Shown: positions 60,406 through 64,000 of the stretch, piece by piece
Position numbering within the stretch: the stretch's first letter is position 1
Layout: the number at the start of each line of letters is the position of its first letter
Source of the DNA: Candidatus Eiseniibacteriota bacterium
Lineage (GTDB): Bacteria; Eisenbacteria; RBG-16-71-46
Length of the DNA: 64,000 nucleotides
Direction of reading: 5' to 3'
Assembly (NCBI GenBank): GCA_963776245.1
Contig: CAVZLN010000003.1
Span: forward strand, 128,001-192,000
Notes under the pieces: model-generated
What the model was told of the DNA's origin: nothing
Databases searched by the model: none
Seen by the model: only the letters and a program-made list of their open reading frames with translations
Made by a program: the position numbers and the translations under genes

Positions 60406-62040
60406 TCAGCGCGCGGCCGGGGCGGCGGTCCGCGCCGGTGCCGCCGCGAGCGGCGCGGTGGCGGGGGCGGGCAGCGCGGCGAACACGTCCCGCGCGGCGC
60501 GCGCGCGGCGCAGGACCTCGAGCGCGCGCTGGAACTGGGCGTCGCCCTCGAGCGCGACGCGCGCGCCGCCGGCGTCGCCCTCCAGCCGGCGCGCCAGCTC
60601 GCGGCGCAGCGCACGCTCGAGCAGCGGGCGCTGCGGGCCGAGCGCGGCGGCGGCGACCGCCGCCTTCTGTTCGCGCAGATAGCCCTCGAACGCGGCCCGC
60701 ATGCCGTCGTCCACGGCGACCCGCGCGCCGGGATGGGTGTCCACCCAGTGGTTCGCGAACTTGAGCGCCAGCCCGCGGCGCTCGACATCGACCGCGAGCG
60801 GCGGGAGCGAGTCCTGCGACACCGCCAGGTCGGGGGTGATGCCGCCCCCGCCGTACACCGTGCGCCCCGCGCGGGTGCGGAACCGCGGACGCTCGGACGC
60901 CGGGCTGGAGTCGGCTGCCGCGCCGTGCGGGTCCTCGCCCTCGCTGTCGCCCCGTTCAGCGGCGGCGGAGTCCGCCGACTTCACGCCGCGGTGGATCGAG
61001 CGCCCGCTCGGGGTGTAGTAGAGCGCGGTGGTGAGCTTGATCGCGCCGCTCCGCCCGGGCAGCGGGAACACGCTCTGCACCGAGCCCTTGCCGAACGAGT
61101 CGTGCCCGATCACCAGCGCGCGGTCGAGGTCCTGCAGCGCGCCCGCCACGATCTCCGCGGCCGAGGCGCTGCCCTCGTCCACCAGCACCACCAGCGGCGA
61201 GCTGACGTCGGGCTTCGCCTCGCTCGCGGTGTAGCGGACGTCCGAGCCCTTGACCCGGCCCTGCGTGTACACGATGAGCGAGCCCCGGGGCACGAACTGC
61301 TCCGTGACGTCCACCGCCTGGTCGAGCAGGCCGCCGGGATCGAAGCGCAGGTCGAGCACCAGCGACTTCGCGCCCTGGCGGCGCAGGCCGGCGAGCGCCT
61401 CGCGCACCTCGGCCCCCGAGGTCTCGGAGAAGTTCGCGAGACGCAGGTAGCCCACCCCCGGCTCGGGCAGGAACGCGTAGGGGACGCTCCGAGTGTGGAT
61501 GACGGCGCGCGTGAGCGTGAACTCGCGCTCGGCCGGCTCGCCCTCGCGGTCCACCGTGAGGCTCACCCGCGTGCCGGCGGCGCCGCGCAGCAGATCGGCC
61601 ACGTCCTCGACCGTGAGCCCCGCGGTGCTGCGGCCCTCGACCCGCACGATCACGTCGCCCGAGCGCAGGCCCGCCTCCCACGCCGGCGTGCCCTCGATGG
61701 GCGAGATCACGGTGGGGAAGTCGTCGCGGATGCCGACCATCACGCCGATGCCGCCGAACTTGCCCTCGGCGGTGCTCTGCAGGCTCGCGAACGCCTTGGA
61801 GTCGAGGTACTGCGAGTAGGGATCGAGGTCGCGCAGCATGCCGCGCAACGCGCCCGCGATGAGTTTCTCGGGCTCCACCGGGTCGACGTAGTTCTGGTCC
61901 ACCTTCTGGAGCACCTCGATGAACAGGTCGAGGTTGCCATACAGCCCGCCCGCGGCGCCGCCCCGGCCGACCCACCAGCCGAGCACGAAGAGCAGCACGA
62001 ACAGCGCGACGAACAGGGCGTTGCGACGGATCACGGGCAC
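60406..62040 (-). CDS. Carboxyl-terminal processing protease (S41, CtpA-like) with PDZ domain
   Basis: LDPYSQY, FGGIG, LDLRFDPGGLL, SASAAEIVAGALQD, SFGKGSVQ, YYTPSGRSI, GGITPD. Confidence 0.93.
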   Translation of the reverse strand: MPVIRRNALFVALFVLLFVLGWWVGRGGAAGGLYGNLDLFIEVLQKVDQNYVDPVEPEKLIAGALRGMLRDLDPYSQYLDSKAFASLQSTAEGKFGGIGVMVGIRDDFPTVISPIEGTPAWEAGLRSGDVIVRVEGRSTAGLTVEDVADLLRGAAGTRVSLTVDREGEPAEREFTLTRAVIHTRSVPYAFLPEPGVGYLRLANFSETSGAEVREALAGLRRQGAKSLVLDLRFDPGGLLDQAVDVTEQFVPRGSLIVYTQGRVKGSDVRYTASEAKPDVSSPLVVLVDEGSASAAEIVAGALQDLDRALVIGHDSFGKGSVQSVFPLPGRSGAIKLTTALYYTPSGRSIHRGVKSADSAAAERGDSEGEDPHGAAADSSPASERPRFRTRAGRTVYGGGGITPDLAVSQDSLPPLAVDVERRGLALKFANHWVDTHPGARVAVDDGMRAAFEGYLREQKAAVAAAALGPQRPLLERALRRELARRLEGDAGGARVALEGDAQFQRALEVLRRARAARDVFAALPAPATAPLAAAPARTAAPAAR

Positions 62041-62169
62041 TCCCGAGTGTGGCGCGATGGCTCCGGGCGCCGACCGCCGGGGCGGCGAGACGCATGGCCG
62101 GGGAGCGCGGGCGACTATAGCACAGCGCCCCGCGCCGCCGGCCGCGACCGTGGGAGCCGGACGGCGCGG

Positions 62170-63849
62170 TCAGCGCGGCGCGGGAGCGGGCGCCAGCCCC
62201 GCGGCGGCGCTCACCATCCGGTCGACCGCGTCCGCGGTGATCGCCACGTCCGGGGGGAGCGGGCCCAGGCGCGCGCGCGCTCGAGAGCAGCTGCGCGCGG
62301 CCGGCAGCTCGCCCGCGGACAGCCACGCCTGGCTCGCGAACAGCAGGTGGCGCGGATTGGGGAGCACCGCGCTGGCGCGCTCGAAGCAGCGGGCGGCGGC
62401 CGCGAAGTCGCGCCGACCGCGGCACGGTAGCCGAGGAACACCAGCGTCTGGTTGTGCTGCTCGGCCGGCGGGCCGAAGCGACCGTCCACCAGCGCCCACG
62501 CCGCGCCGCTCGCCCGCCGCGACGTCGGCGTTGACCGCGATCCAGCCGCCCGCCTGGAGCACCAGCAGCGGCAGGATGACCGCCAGCGCCGCGCGTGCCC
62601 GCGGCACCGGCGCGGCGGCGATGCAGCGAAGCAGCCGCCGCGCTCGCCAGCAGCGCCGGGCAGCGCCGCCAGGTCCCAGTCGCGCAGCGCGCCCATGCCA
62701 TGCGGCGCGACCGGGAACAGCATCGCCAGCGGGAGCAGCGGGCACGAACACGGCGAGCGCGAGCACGCCGCGCGGCGAGCGCGCGAACGCGGCCCCGACC
62801 GCGCGCCCCGCGGCCAGCGGCGCGAGCAGGGCGAGCGGCAGCGCGAGCGTCACCAGGCCGGCGAGGTCCCACGCCGGCGTGAGCCGCAGCGCGCGCGGGT
62901 CGAGCAGGCTGCGCGCCAGGTCGCTCGACGTCGCGGCCCAGCCCGGCCCCGCCGGTGAGCGCCCCGAGCGCCAGCGCGCCGACCGCGAACGCGAGCGTGC
63001 AGGACACGTGCAGCCGGCGGACCGCCGGGCGGTCGCCCGCGAACGCCGGGCCCGAGCCCGCGCCACGCCTGCGCCACGAGCAGCACCAGCGCCACGCGGT
63101 GGGTGGCGAGGAGCTCCAGCCACAGTGCCGCGGAGAGCATCGCGTCGCGCGGGCGGGCCAGCGGACGCGCGAGCGCCCACCACCACCACGCGCCGACCGC
63201 GAGCGCCAGCGCCCACACCTCGGCGTAGCCGGCGTACGCCTGGAGCGTGCCCGCCAGCACCAGCGCCAGCGCCAGCGGGGTGTGCAGCGCGGGCGGCGCC
63301 ACGTCCGCGACGATACGCTGCACGGCGGCGAAGTAGACCAGGAACAGCATCAGGCCGATCAGCGCCACCCCGGTGGCGATCGGGATCCCGAACCGCGCGA
63401 GCGGCAGCACGCCGGTGACGTTCGACCAGGCGTCGAGCGGCTGCGCGTGCAGGAAGCGGGCGAAGGCGCCGAAGTCCCAGCGCGCCCGCGCCGCGGCTCG
63501 CCAGCGACTCGAGCGCTCGCATCCGCAGCTCGGTGTCGCCGATCAGATGGAGCCGCTCGCGCAGCGGGAACGCCAGCGCCAGCGCGAGCGCGATCGCGAG
63601 CGGCCACGCCGCCCGGCGCGCGCGGAGCGCGAGTGGCGCCACCAGCGCCGCGGCGGCGACCAGCAGCCAGGGCCACCGCGGGCGCCACCGAGCGCAGGCC
63701 GTTCGAGCGCCCACACCCGGTTCGAGGCGGGCGGCGCCAGCAGCGAGCACCGCGAGCCACGCCACCGCGACCGCGAGCAGCGCGCGCGGCACGCGCGCCG
63801 CGTCCCCGGTGGCCGGCAGGGCTCCCGGCGCCCGCGCCCCGGTGCTCAC
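62170..63849 (-). pseudogene. Polytopic membrane protein with C-terminal TPR-like segment, broken by many frameshifts (likely sequencing errors)
   Basis: Hydrophobic segments alternate among all three minus frames (PLRERLHLIGD / HAQPLD...YAGYAEVW / TLAFAVG / PAWDLAG / PHGMGALRDWD / VNAD / FLGY / ARCFERA). Confidence 0.55.
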
Positions 63850-64000
63850 CTCGCGGGGCCGGCGGCGGTCAGCCGCGGCTCCAGCGCCTCCCACGCCCGC
63901 GCCTCGATCACCTCGGGCGTCTCGCGCGCGTCGAGCGTCAGCCAGCGCGCCGGCGCCGCGGCGGCGAGCGCGTGGTAGGCGTGGTGCACGCGGGTGTGGA
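63846..64000 (-). CDS. tmk: Thymidylate kinase, C-terminal part (5' end outside the window)
   Basis: Hand translation HTRVHHAYHALAAAAPARWLTLDARETPEVIEARAWEAL resembles the dTMP kinase C-terminus. Confidence 0.65.
   Translation of the reverse strand, partial: HTRVHHAYHALAAAAPARWLTLDARETPEVIEARAWEALEPRLTAAGPAR

Overview
Very GC-rich bacterial chromosomal window, almost entirely coded on the minus strand. Gene style and C-terminal sorting-like domains suggest an FCB-related lineage such as Ca. Eisenbacteria (inference only). Most of it is housekeeping: mltG, ruvX, RsbW-like, RluA-family, lspA, DksA/TraR, PNP, yggU/T/S, tmRNA, ssb, tRNA-Pro/Arg/His, rdgB, rph, murI, amidase, smpB, tRNA-Leu, split transketolase, aminotransferase, ppdK, M16 pair, larC/larB, dusB, S41 protease and partial tmk. 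Two accessory blocks stand out. (1) A lower-GC NYN (PIN-fold) ribonuclease gene whose sigma70-like promoter first reads through a ~70-nt RNA with two UNCG-capped hairpins and a U-tract, an arrangement resembling a type III (RNA-antitoxin) toxin-antitoxin module. (2) A ~13-kb block of secreted proteins and lipoproteins, including a ~1480-aa protein with a strong promoter and ~335-nt leader. Several secreted proteins in the window carry FlgD-Ig/T9SS-CTD-like tails, and one carries a different TWGRVKTLYR tail. No CRISPR array, transposase, integrase or rRNA was found. Several single-base frameshifts, many near the right end, suggest assembly errors. All assignments come from motif recognition by eye; no database searches were run.
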